From Clostridia bacterium (GTDB lineage Bacteria > Bacillota > Clostridia > UBA1212 > UBA1255), in NCBI GenBank assembly GCA_017620915.1, contig JAFZSK010000083.1, positions 8,726-72,725 on the forward strand: DNA of 64,000 bases, in the 5' to 3' direction. Each line of letters opens with the position of its first letter. Positions within the stretch are counted from its first letter, which is position 1. The position numbers were made by a program, and so were the translations under genes. The notes under the pieces were generated by a model. It was not told where the DNA came from and did not search any database. It saw nothing but the letters and a program-made list of their open reading frames with translations. Below are positions 53,052 through 62,589 of this stretch, one piece after another.

Positions 53052-54598
53052 CAGTCTTCATCGCCCCAGGTCTCTTCCGGCGGAGTGTAGTTGTCCAGAT
53101 CCTTGATCGCCTGCACATGCTCTTCGTACGTGCGGGAGTAGATATTGCCGCCGCTACCGTCGCGTTTGGCCACAAAGTAGAAATAATCGTGATTCGACGG
53201 GAATACCGCGCCGATCAGCGACATTTCGCCGGGCGAGCAGATCGGTCCGGGCGTGAAGCCGGGGTAAACGTACGTGTTGTACGGGTCGTCAATACCCAGT
53301 TCCTCACTCAGCGGATGGTCAAGTTCCTTGCCCGTCGTCCGTTTGTACGCGTATTTCACCGTGGCGTCTGACTGGAACAGCTGCAGATCTTCGGTGCCGC
53401 GGGTGTAGCGGTTGTAGAACACGCCCGCGATCGGCGCCCGGTCGGAATCCAGCCGCGCCTCTTTCTCCACGATGGAGGCCAGAATGACAACCTGATCCAG
53501 CGTCAGCCCGGTCTTCTCCAGCTGCTCGTAATACGCGGGTTTAAAGATCTCGTTGAACCGGTTGAGCATTTTGTATACGACATCCTCCGGCCGGGCCAGT
53601 ACGTCAAATTCGTACGTATCCGGGAACAGATAGCCGTCGAGGCGGTGGTCGCGGCCCGTGGCGAGATCCGCGTTTTTCAAAAATTCGTACGAAGATACGT
53701 CTACGGTGTCAACGGCTTTCAGGAACTCCGAAGCGGTACACACGTTGTTGTTCTCCAGCCGCACGGCCATCTGCTCCGTGGTGAAGCCTTCGGGGAACGT
53801 GACGCGCACGGTCTCGGGGGTGCCGGACAATATGTACATTATCTCCTCGTACGCCATGCCCTTGGACAATGTGTATGTTCCGGCGTTGTACGTGCCGTCG
53901 TAGCCGTAGAATTTGGACAGGAACCGGTATATCCGCGTGTCTTCGATCAGCCCGGCGTCGTACAGGCGCTGGCTCAGCGACTTGGTGGATTCGCCTTTTT
54001 CCACGCGGAATTTCTGTTCGGTCTTGACGTCGATGATGATGGAATCTTCATCGACTTTGTTGTCGAAGTGGTCAACCACAAACGTATACGTAGCGTACCC
54101 CGCCGCGATGGTGATGCCGATCATCAGTACGATCAGCAATATGACCAGCGCCACTTTCCGGCGGCGCCGCTTCATTTTTTTGTGGAATTTGTACTCTTCC
54201 TGCGTGACTTTGCGCTGCTTGAGCGCGCTCTGCTTTTTGCGCGTGAACAGGCGCCGGCGTTCTTTTTTGACCGGCGTTTGAACGCGGCTGCGGTCCCGGG
54301 CGGCGGTATCGCCGGCATCGGTGTCAACGGCGGCATTGGCGGCAGTCTTGCGTACCGGACGTGCGGCGGCCGTGATGCGGCGGCCCGGATACGTCTCGCC
54401 GAACGCGTCGACGCGGTCAATCTCGGTATCGTCCTCGATCCGGCGCTTTGCTTCCTCTTCCGCACGCCGCTTTGCCTCTTCGGCACTGCGGTCAACGATC
54501 CTGGTCCGGTCCACGAACGGATTGCTCTGGCGGCCCATGCCCGGACGGCGTACCGCGCGGTGACGGTTGCTGTTTTTGTTATTCATATCGTCTGCCAT
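53051..54598 (-). CDS. mltG: endolytic murein transglycosylase MltG (YceG-like)
   Basis: YceG domain motifs (…FPEGFTTEQM…GYLFPDTYEF…). N-terminal basic disordered region plus a single TM. Confidence 0.85.
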   Translation of the reverse strand: MADDMNNKNSNRHRAVRRPGMGRQSNPFVDRTRIVDRSAEEAKRRAEEEAKRRIEDDTEIDRVDAFGETYPGRRITAAARPVRKTAANAAVDTDAGDTAARDRSRVQTPVKKERRRLFTRKKQSALKQRKVTQEEYKFHKKMKRRRRKVALVILLIVLMIGITIAAGYATYTFVVDHFDNKVDEDSIIIDVKTEQKFRVEKGESTKSLSQRLYDAGLIEDTRIYRFLSKFYGYDGTYNAGTYTLSKGMAYEEIMYILSGTPETVRVTFPEGFTTEQMAVRLENNNVCTASEFLKAVDTVDVSSYEFLKNADLATGRDHRLDGYLFPDTYEFDVLARPEDVVYKMLNRFNEIFKPAYYEQLEKTGLTLDQVVILASIVEKEARLDSDRAPIAGVFYNRYTRGTEDLQLFQSDATVKYAYKRTTGKELDHPLSEELGIDDPYNTYVYPGFTPGPICSPGEMSLIGAVFPSNHDYFYFVAKRDGSGGNIYSRTYEEHVQAIKDLDNYTPPEETWGDED

Positions 54599-54650
54599 GC
54601 GGTCTCACCACCTTAAGCCGGGGGACAGACCCCGCGTTCAAAAACAAATA

Positions 54651-56486
54651 TCAGATGCTGTCGCGGCGCGCGCGGTCCTTGGCCCGCAGTTCGGTGTCCA
54701 GGATCTTCTTGCGCAGCCGGATGCTCTTGGGCGTTACTTCCACCAGCTCATCGTCGGAAATGAAATCCAGCGCCTGCTCGAGGCTCAGGATCACGGGCGG
54801 CGTAAGTTTGAGCGCCTCGTCGGAGCCGGAGGCGCGGATGTTGGTCAGGTGCTTTTTCTTGCAGACGTTGATCACCAGGTCATCGCCGCGGGCGCTTTCG
54901 CCCACGATCATGCCTTCGTACACCTTCTCGCCGGGGCCGATGAACAGTGCGCCGCGCTCCTGGGCGTTGAACAGGCCGTAGGGCACTGCCTCGCCCTGTT
55001 CCCAGGCTACCATTGACCCGTGGGAGCGGGAGCTTATATCGCCTTTGTACGGCTCGTAGCCGTCAAAAATGGTGTTCATTATGCCGTTGCCCCGGGTGTC
55101 GGTAAGGAACTCGCCCCGGTAGCCGATCAGGCCGCGGGCGGGGATGCGGAATTCGAGGCGGGTGTAGTTGTCCGCGGTGGGACGCATGTTGACCATTTCG
55201 CCTTTGCGCGTGCCCAGCTTCTCGATGACTGTACCTACGTACTCCTCGGGAACGTCAACGGTGAGATACTCCATAGGCTCGCACAGCTGGCCGTTGATCT
55301 CTTTATATATTACTTTCGGACGCGACACCTGGAACTCGTACCCCTGGCGGCGCATGGTCTCGATCAGTACCGAGAGATGCAGTTCGCCGCGGCCCGAAAC
55401 TTTCAGCGTGTCGGGGGAGTCGGTATCTTCCACGCGCATGCTCACGTTGGTCTCGACCTCTTTGTAGAGGCGGTCGCGGATGTGGCGGGAAGTGACGAAA
55501 GTGCCTTCGCGGCCGGCGAAGGGGCTGTTGTTCACCAGGAAGTTCATGGACAGCGTGGGTTCGTCGATGTTGACGAAGTGGATCGGATCCGCGTTGTCAG
55601 GGTCGCACACCGTGTCGCCGATGTTGAACTCCGTGAGCCCCGCCAGCAGGATGATGTCGCCGGCCAGAGCGTGATCCGTCTCGACCTTCTTGAGGCCGTC
55701 GAATTTGTATATGTACGTGATCTTTGCGGTCTTGCGGAAGCCGGCTTCGTTGCACACCAGCACGGTCTGGCCGGAATGGATGCAGCCCTGCTCGATGCGG
55801 GCAACTGCCGTCCGCCCCACGTACTCGTCCACGCCGATATTGGAGATCAGCATGCGCAGCGGGGCGTCAACGTCCGCGTCCGGCGCCGGAATGTAATTGA
55901 TGATGGCGTCAAACAGCGGCTTGAGGTCTTTTTTCTCGCCGCCGTCGGGTTCGGTGGAGGCGTAGCCGTCGCGGGAGGAGGCGTAAATTACAGGGAAGTC
56001 CAGCAGGCTGTCGTCGGCGCCCAGGTCCATGAACAGCTCCAGCACTTCGTCCAGCACTTCCAGCGGACGCGCGCCGTCGCGGTCGATCTTGTTGATCACT
56101 ACGATGGGCTTGAGTTTCATTGCCAGCGCTTTGGAGAGCACGAAGCGGGTCTGGGGCATTGCCCCTTCAAACGCGTCCACCAGCAGCAGCACGCCGTCGA
56201 CCATGCCCAGCACGCGCTCGACTTCGCCGCCGAAATCCGCGTGACCGGGGGTGTCAACAACGTTTATCGTATATTTTCCGTACTTCAGCGAGGTGTTTTT
56301 GGACAATATCGTGATTCCGCGCTCGCGCTCCAGGTCGTTGGAGTCCATGACGCGCTCCTGCACGGTCTCGTTGGAGCGGAACGTGCCGCTCTGACGCAAA
56401 AGGCCGTCCACGAGCGTGGTCTTGCCGTGGTCAACGTGCGCTATTATCGCGATATTCCTCAAATCTTCTCTCTTTTTGTCGCTCAT
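54651..56486 (-). CDS. typA: translational GTPase TypA/BipA
   Basis: [40 protein letters not shown] and EF-G-like domains. ATG 56486; the track ORF is extended 22 codons upstream. Confidence 0.9.
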   Translation of the reverse strand: MSDKKREDLRNIAIIAHVDHGKTTLVDGLLRQSGTFRSNETVQERVMDSNDLERERGITILSKNTSLKYGKYTINVVDTPGHADFGGEVERVLGMVDGVLLLVDAFEGAMPQTRFVLSKALAMKLKPIVVINKIDRDGARPLEVLDEVLELFMDLGADDSLLDFPVIYASSRDGYASTEPDGGEKKDLKPLFDAIINYIPAPDADVDAPLRMLISNIGVDEYVGRTAVARIEQGCIHSGQTVLVCNEAGFRKTAKITYIYKFDGLKKVETDHALAGDIILLAGLTEFNIGDTVCDPDNADPIHFVNIDEPTLSMNFLVNNSPFAGREGTFVTSRHIRDRLYKEVETNVSMRVEDTDSPDTLKVSGRGELHLSVLIETMRRQGYEFQVSRPKVIYKEINGQLCEPMEYLTVDVPEEYVGTVIEKLGTRKGEMVNMRPTADNYTRLEFRIPARGLIGYRGEFLTDTRGNGIMNTIFDGYEPYKGDISSRSHGSMVAWEQGEAVPYGLFNAQERGALFIGPGEKVYEGMIVGESARGDDLVINVCKKKHLTNIRASGSDEALKLTPPVILSLEQALDFISDDELVEVTPKSIRLRKKILDTELRAKDRARRDSI

Positions 56487-56689
56487 ACCGTATGGCTTCC
56501 TTGGTCTTATGCAGATTGCGCGCGGGCCGCCGTGCGCGGCATACCCCCGCAACCTATTATATTACACCAATTAGCCGCGGTTGTCAAAGCGGAAGGCACT
56601 GCTCCCGATTTTGCAGCGGGATAGAGCCACGCGACTGACAGCGCCCGGTCGTTTAACATGCGGATTAGGACAAATATCTTTATTTCTTG

Positions 56690-56882
56690 TTCTTTTATAC
56701 CATGCCGGGCGCCGTCTAAGGCAATTTGCAAACCTTGTTTTATTGCCCATTCGGATAAAACTATAATTAAATAAACATTTGATACCAGATTGGGCGCCTT
56801 CTCGCGTTTGCCGGCTCTATCGAATCTTGAGCGATTAGTATTAAATGGGTTTAGATTCATTTGTATATACCACGAGCGTTCC
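56690..56882. repeat. array of three ~84-bp repeat units, collinear with 14738-14935 but in inverted orientation
   Basis: Reverse complements: cggaacgctcgTGGTATATA (~56863-80), gagaaggcgcccaatcTGGTATCAAA (~56781-806) and gacggcgcccggcaTGGTATAAAAG (~56692-716). Spacing is 83 and 88 bp. Confidence 0.7.
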
Positions 56883-57106
56883 GAAAGATAGGATTAATTT
56901 AATCTAGGTGTGTTTTTTTATGCCATTATTTCAATTTCGCGTTTTTAAAAATGAGCGAGAGCGAAGAAAAAATGGTATTAAACTAAGAGAGTTAAGTCAG
57001 TTTATGCCAAATACAGCCCCAAAAGAGAAAATGAGGCCGCAAAAATGGAAAAACGAGCGGATATGCAAAACGGAAGGAACGCTGTCGGTCGCGCGGCTAA
57101 GGTATT

Positions 57107-57844
57107 CTATGAAATCGGGGGCAGAGCCGAGTCTTCAACGTTTTGTTGACTGCGCGAAATGAAGATCAGTTCCGCAACGGCGCCGGCGATGATGGCAATG
57201 AGCGAGAACCATTGACCGTGGGAGAGACCGAACCAGTCTTTGGCCGTTGACCGCAGGAACTCGATGAAGAAGCGGGCAATGCCGTAGCTCAGCAGGAATC
57301 TGCCGTACAGCCGGCCGCTGTTGCCCGGGCGCGACTCGGTCCGGAGCAGCCACACCAGTATCAACGCGTCGCACACGAGCTCGATCAGCTGCGTGGGGAC
57401 CGAGATGTCAAAGTTTTTAAAGAAGAATATGCGGCCGCCGCAGCAGCCGTTGCAGAAGCAGCCGATGCGGATCGTGCCGAGCATGGCGACAACGCACACC
57501 GCCGAATTGTCCAGGCTTTCCGCCGGCGACAATTTGAACGCTTTGCCCACGAGCAGCATCAGCAGCGGCACCAGCAGCGCCGCGCCGAAGAACGAGAAGC
57601 CGCCGATCGTGAGTCCGTGCTTCAGCACATATTTGAAGCATTCAATAACATACAATATTTTGCATCCCAGGAGGCCGGCGATCAGCACCGCAGTAGCGAA
57701 CAGCACTGATTTCGGTTTGCTCAACCGGTACATAGCGCGTCTTTTCGGGAGCAGCATTAAAACTACCATTGCCACATAGCCCAGAAACATGGCAAGGTAG
57801 TACATGGATATTTTTAGTGAACCTATATAGATGTACGGCAGCAT
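57107..57844 (-). CDS. lgt: prolipoprotein diacylglyceryl transferase
   Basis: YGIARFFIEFLR Lgt signature and a multi-TM hydrophobic profile. Confidence 0.8.
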   Translation of the reverse strand: MLPYIYIGSLKISMYYLAMFLGYVAMVVLMLLPKRRAMYRLSKPKSVLFATAVLIAGLLGCKILYVIECFKYVLKHGLTIGGFSFFGAALLVPLLMLLVGKAFKLSPAESLDNSAVCVVAMLGTIRIGCFCNGCCGGRIFFFKNFDISVPTQLIELVCDALILVWLLRTESRPGNSGRLYGRFLLSYGIARFFIEFLRSTAKDWFGLSHGQWFSLIAIIAGAVAELIFISRSQQNVEDSALPPIS

Positions 57845-58021
57845 TGTTCTGAATCCTTTCGGCAGGTCTGTCTCCAGAATAAGACAGGGAGATTATAACT
57901 GTTTTGAGCCGTGAAGGCAACACAAGACGAGGAAATTGACATATCGTTTTCGCGAGAGTATTATTTTATCAGATTTGCGGGATTTCAAACGCAACGCATC
58001 AAAACCACAGGAGGATATAAA

Positions 58022-58441
58022 ATGAAAAAGTTTAAAGTACTGGCGATCATAATGGCCGCATTGGTTCTGGCCGGTATGATTTCGGCTTGCAGCGGCGGCA
58101 AAAGCAGTAAGAAGGAGAAGGAAAGTACAGACCCGGCCGACCAGATTGCCGGTGAATGGGTCGAGATCGATGAAGATGGCGAAGAAGGAGATACATATGT
58201 TTTCGCGCGCAACGGAAAAGGCACCGTCAGCAGTGACGGTATCAGCGGCGACATTACCTGGTCCGTGGAAAACGATGTGTTAACGATGACGCTTTCAATA
58301 TGCGGTATTTCTGAGACAAGTAATTTCAATTACAAAATATCCGGAAATAAAATGACGCTGACCGAGATTCCCGACGAAGATGATGAAGTTGAAGAAGTCA
58401 CTGCCTTAACCTTAAAAAAGGTTAAAGGCCCGGCAGACTAA
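58022..58441 (+). CDS. small lipoprotein
   Basis: RBS CAGGAGGA is followed by MKKFKVLAIIMAALVLAGMISACSG (lipobox). The track ORF starts 37 codons earlier without an RBS. Confidence 0.6.
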   Translation: MKKFKVLAIIMAALVLAGMISACSGGKSSKKEKESTDPADQIAGEWVEIDEDGEEGDTYVFARNGKGTVSSDGISGDITWSVENDVLTMTLSICGISETSNFNYKISGNKMTLTEIPDEDDEVEEVTALTLKKVKGPAD

Positions 58442-58503
58442 TATGATTGATGACGGAATCACAGTTGCAGCATTAAAGCAAAAATGTTGAGCTGACACGA
58501 ACG

Positions 58504-58552
58504 AATAACCGCGGCGACAATGCAAACAGATTGTTGCCGCGGTTATTATTTG
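58504..58552 (+). terminator. intrinsic terminator
   Basis: 18-bp stem aataaccgcggcgacaat / attgttgccgcggttatt with 1 mismatch and loop gcaaacag, followed by atttg. Confidence 0.65.
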
Positions 58553-58642
58553 AGCAGGGACCTTTTAAACCGGGCCGTGAGTGACTTTTGGCGGAAAATG
58601 AGGTACAATATAAATACAGTGATCAATCGGGAGGCGGCAGAT

Positions 58643-59308
58643 ATGAATAGAATAATAATTGTACCAATAGTAATCGCGGTAATGCTGACCGTGTTGACCG
58701 CGTGCGCCGTACGAAAAAACGAAGTAAAACCGGAGCCTGCCAGACCGCAAAAAGAAGCGGTCTCCGCCGAAGATCAGGCGCTCTTGGACCGCTATTATGC
58801 GGAGATGAAGCAAAAGTACCCGGAATTCGGAGCGATTCCGCGGGAAATGCTGGTGGAGAATGTCAATTATGTTGATGGCGTTTTCCGGGGCGTCACATTT
58901 GCGTTTTACCTCGGAGGGTTCCGGACCGGATGCCAGTGTATGTACAGTGTGATGGGTAATATGGACAATGATTACTGGAGTCTGCACGAAAACGCGTTTA
59001 AAAAATATTACAACACTGTCTTCCCGGAGACGACTGCCGCCGAGATACGGAGCAAATTGACCGCGCAGGTACGGGAGTATATCAATGCCAACAAACTGGA
59101 CGGAAGCGGATTGACGGAGGACAGCCTGTATTTATACTGGAAGGACGATGACGGGAAGCTGAGCGTCAATACGGAATTTATTGCCAATGTTACGCCGGAG
59201 ACCACAAGACACTACGGCTGCTGGGATCACGCGCACATCGTTGGAAGAGTGTATGTAGAGTTCGGCAACGAAATAAAATTGACATTCGATGGTGTAGGAG
59301 GCAGCTGA
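58643..59308 (+). CDS. putative lipoprotein
   Basis: RBS GGGAGG is followed by MNRIIIVPIVIAVMLTVLTACA (signal peptide plus lipobox). Confidence 0.55.
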   Translation: MNRIIIVPIVIAVMLTVLTACAVRKNEVKPEPARPQKEAVSAEDQALLDRYYAEMKQKYPEFGAIPREMLVENVNYVDGVFRGVTFAFYLGGFRTGCQCMYSVMGNMDNDYWSLHENAFKKYYNTVFPETTAAEIRSKLTAQVREYINANKLDGSGLTEDSLYLYWKDDDGKLSVNTEFIANVTPETTRHYGCWDHAHIVGRVYVEFGNEIKLTFDGVGGS

Positions 59309-59310
59309 TA

Positions 59311-60573
59311 ATGACCGAACGCGTAGATAAAAGTGTGCCGGTGGCGGCGCCGTATATTGCCCGCTTCGAACAGCTGGGCTTCGGAATGTTCGTGCATTTC
59401 GGCCTATATTCGCTGCTCGGCCGCGGCGAATGGGTGCGCGAGCTCGAACATATACCGGCGGAGGAGTACGAGCCGCTGGCGCGGAAGTTTGCGCCGGCAG
59501 ATATGGGCGAGATCGTGAAAGTCGCGAAGGCGGCGGGGTGCAGGTATGTGACGTTGACCACGAGGCACCATGACGGGTTCTCGCTGTACGACACGCGCGG
59601 GGTCCGGAACGCGGACGGGTTTGACGCCCTTCACACGCCGGCGGGCCGGGATCTCGTGGCAGAGTTCGTCGCGCGCTGCCGGGAAAACGACATTCTGCCG
59701 TTCTTCTACCATACCACGCTGGACTGGCACCGGCCGGAGTTCAATGATGATTTTCCGGCGTATCTCGAGTATCTGCGCGACAGTGTGGAGCAGCTGTGCC
59801 GCAATTACGGCCGGATCGGCGGGTTTTGGTTCGACGGCAACTGGTCGCGGCCCGATGCGGACTGGCAGGAGGCGGAGCTGTACAGATTGATCCGGCGGCT
59901 GCAGCCGGAGGCCATGATCATCAACAACACCGGCCTCGGGGCGCGCGGAGCCGCGGGGCGGGAGGAAATTGACGCCGTCACGTACGAGCGGGGAATGCCG
60001 GGGCCGGTGGACCGCCGCGGACAATCGAAATATGTTGCCGGCGAGATGTGCGAAACACTGTGCGACCACTGGGGCAAGGCGGCGGAAGACGTCAATTTCA
60101 AGTCGGTCCCGCAGCTGATCGGCGAACTGTGCGAATGCCGCAAGGTAGGCGCCAATTTCCTGCTGAACGTAGGTCCGGACGCGGACGGCACGGTGGACAA
60201 TATGCAGCGCGGCACGATGGAATGCATCGGCCGCTGGATGCGCGTGTACGGAAAGGCGGTGTACAACGGCCGGCCGTTCCTCTATTACCCCGACCGCCGC
60301 GAATTCCTGCTGCGCGACGTATATGACCCGCACACGGCATATCTGTTCGCGTTTGATCCGCGCAGTTTTGTCAGCCCCGACCCGGAAAAAGCGGCCGAAA
60401 GCCGGATCGTGCTGGACGATATTCCCGCCGAAGTGCGCTCGCTGCGCTGGCTGGACAACGCCGAAACGCCCCCGTTTGAACAGCGCGGCGCGGTGCTGGA
60501 GCTGACAATGACGCCGTTCCCGTACGGCCGCAGCTACCCGGTGCGCGTGGCGGAAGTGGAGTTTGCGCGATGA
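59311..60573 (+). CDS. alpha-L-fucosidase (GH29)
   Basis: GFGMFVHFGLYS…YVTLTTRHHDGFSLYDT…FYHTTLDWHRPEF is a GH29 catalytic-domain pattern. RBS AGGAGG precedes the ATG. Confidence 0.8.
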   Translation: MTERVDKSVPVAAPYIARFEQLGFGMFVHFGLYSLLGRGEWVRELEHIPAEEYEPLARKFAPADMGEIVKVAKAAGCRYVTLTTRHHDGFSLYDTRGVRNADGFDALHTPAGRDLVAEFVARCRENDILPFFYHTTLDWHRPEFNDDFPAYLEYLRDSVEQLCRNYGRIGGFWFDGNWSRPDADWQEAELYRLIRRLQPEAMIINNTGLGARGAAGREEIDAVTYERGMPGPVDRRGQSKYVAGEMCETLCDHWGKAAEDVNFKSVPQLIGELCECRKVGANFLLNVGPDADGTVDNMQRGTMECIGRWMRVYGKAVYNGRPFLYYPDRREFLLRDVYDPHTAYLFAFDPRSFVSPDPEKAAESRIVLDDIPAEVRSLRWLDNAETPPFEQRGAVLELTMTPFPYGRSYPVRVAEVEFAR

Positions 60574-61367
60574 GCAATATCATTGAGATCACCGACCTGA
60601 ACGACCCGCGGCTGGACGCGTTCGTGCGCCTGACCGGGCATCAGCTGCGCAACAAGCTGGAGCCCGAAGCGGGCGTGTTTATCGTGGAGAGCCCGATCGC
60701 CATTGACGCTGCGCTGAACGCCGGGTGCGCGCCGCTGGCGCTGCTCACCGAATGGAAGTATGTGCACGGGCGGATGGCGGAGCTTATTGACCGCCTGGGC
60801 GAGGTGCCGGTGTACGCCGCACCCCAAGAAGTGCTCACCGGATTGACCGGGTTCGAGCTGACGCGGGGGGCGTTGTGCGCGATGAAGCGGCCGGGAGCGC
60901 GGGACTGGCGCGAATTGTGCCGGAATGCGCGGCGGGTGGCAATACTCGAAAACATCGTTGACACCACCAACCTGGGGGCAATATTCCGCTGCGCCGCCGG
61001 ACTCGGCATCGACGCGGTGTTATTGACGCCGGAATGCTGCGATCCCCTCTGCCGCCGCGCGGTGCGAGTGAGCATGGGTACGGTGCTGATGGTGCCGTTT
61101 GCGCGGATCGACTCGCTCTCCGCGCTGCGCGATGAAGGTTTTAAAACGGTGGCAATGGCGCTCCGCAACGATACGGTAGATATCGACGATCCCGTGCTGA
61201 AGCAAGCTGACAAACTCGCCATTTTGCTGGGCAACGAAGGCAGCGGCCTCTCGGACGCCACGATTCGCAGCTGTGACTATACGGTCCGGATCCCGATGGC
61301 CGCCGGTGTCGATTCCCTGAATGTGGCGGCCGCGGCTGCGATCGCGTTTTTCGCGCTGCGGGCCTGA
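60570..61367 (+). CDS. TrmH/SpoU family RNA 2'-O-methyltransferase
   Basis: SpoU motifs (ENIVDTTNLGAIFRCAAGLG; LLGNEGSGLS; PMAAGVDSLNVAAAAAI). ATGA overlap with the fucosidase gene. Confidence 0.8.
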   Translation: MSNIIEITDLNDPRLDAFVRLTGHQLRNKLEPEAGVFIVESPIAIDAALNAGCAPLALLTEWKYVHGRMAELIDRLGEVPVYAAPQEVLTGLTGFELTRGALCAMKRPGARDWRELCRNARRVAILENIVDTTNLGAIFRCAAGLGIDAVLLTPECCDPLCRRAVRVSMGTVLMVPFARIDSLSALRDEGFKTVAMALRNDTVDIDDPVLKQADKLAILLGNEGSGLSDATIRSCDYTVRIPMAAGVDSLNVAAAAAIAFFALRA

Positions 61368-61401
61368 ACGCCTGAAACATCAAAAATCTGTCAAAAATCT
61401 G

Positions 61402-62436
61402 TCAGAAATCTATCAGATCGCGCAACGATTCACGCGTGTTTCCGTTGAGCCCGGTGACACGTTCCGCCTCCAGCATGGAGCGGATGATGCCTTCTTCCAC
61501 CGTCTCCGTTGCGGCCCGGAACAGCGGGTCCAGCAGCGCGTCGTTCAGCACCACCGGATGCCAGACTGGTTCGTAAGAGATCATGCGGTTTGCGGTAGAG
61601 AAGGCGACGACCACTTCGCCGCTGCCCCCACCGGTGATCCCGCCCGTGCGGGCCAGGCCGCTCTGCGCCCGGCGGGCAATGCGCTGCAGCTGCCGCGTTG
61701 ACACCGGTGCGTCGGTGGCGATCACCATTATGCACGAGCCTTTCGGTTCTGCTGCGTTGTCCCCGGTGAGCTTTCTGCCCACGGGATCTCCGCAGATCAC
61801 GAGATCCGGCAGCGCTCCGAAATTCGTCAAAACCAGCGCTCCCAGCGTATATACCTGCCCGTCCGCCTCGAATACCCGGGACGCGGAGCCGATGCCGCCT
61901 TTGAGCCCGTAACAGGTCATGCCGCGCCCGGCGCCCACCGCGCCCAGCTGAAACTCGCGCGCCGCGGCGTCAATGGCGCGAAACACATGCTCCGGCTTCA
62001 CGTGCAGGCCGCGGATGTCGTTCAGGAAAGAGTCGTTGCATTCGAGGACAACGGGATTGACCGTCCCCTCGTCCCGGCCGATGCCGTCGTTCCGTTCCGC
62101 CATGTATTGTACGCAGGCCGTGAACGCGGTGCCCACGCCGAAGGTGTTGGTCAATATAATTGGCGTCTCGATGCTGCCCAGCTCGTTGATCTGCATGAGC
62201 CCGGTGCTTTTGCCGTAGCCGTTGACCACGTGGCTGGCCGCGGGGCACTTTTCGTGATACAGGTCGCCGCCGTGCGGCAATATGACCGTGACGCCGGTCT
62301 GAACGTCCCCGTCCGCCAGCGTGCAATGTCCCGCGCGCACGCCGGGCACATCGGTGATCAGATTCTTTTCGCCTTTTTGCATGGTACCGAATACGTAATT
62401 TTTCATATTATCCCAACTAATTCGATCATTATTCAC
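61402..62436 (-). CDS. P1-family peptidase (DmpA/S58 L-aminopeptidase-D-esterase-like)
   Basis: GVRAGHCT…GVTVILP…GGIGSAS and the DmpA-like Ntn-hydrolase pattern. The start is ambiguous among three in-frame ATGs at 62436, 62406 and 62382. Confidence 0.75.
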   Translation of the reverse strand: MNNDRISWDNMKNYVFGTMQKGEKNLITDVPGVRAGHCTLADGDVQTGVTVILPHGGDLYHEKCPAASHVVNGYGKSTGLMQINELGSIETPIILTNTFGVGTAFTACVQYMAERNDGIGRDEGTVNPVVLECNDSFLNDIRGLHVKPEHVFRAIDAAAREFQLGAVGAGRGMTCYGLKGGIGSASRVFEADGQVYTLGALVLTNFGALPDLVICGDPVGRKLTGDNAAEPKGSCIMVIATDAPVSTRQLQRIARRAQSGLARTGGITGGGSGEVVVAFSTANRMISYEPVWHPVVLNDALLDPLFRAATETVEEGIIRSMLEAERVTGLNGNTRESLRDLIDF

Positions 62437-62589
62437 ACATACCCGTGCGGAGGAGTATGGCCGCTTTAATTATATCATGTTTTTTCTGAGAATCAATTGA
62501 AGCAGAGCCAGGACGGAATAAGCACAGTATTCAAAAAACGCCGGGCGTGATATAATTGACCTCGTCAGACTGCACGGGAGGTCAACATT

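Noticed and set aside
56908-57162. 84-aa ORF in the typA-lgt intergenic region
   Set aside because: No RBS. It overlaps the 3' end of lgt and sits inside the repeat/AT-rich region. Most likely spurious.
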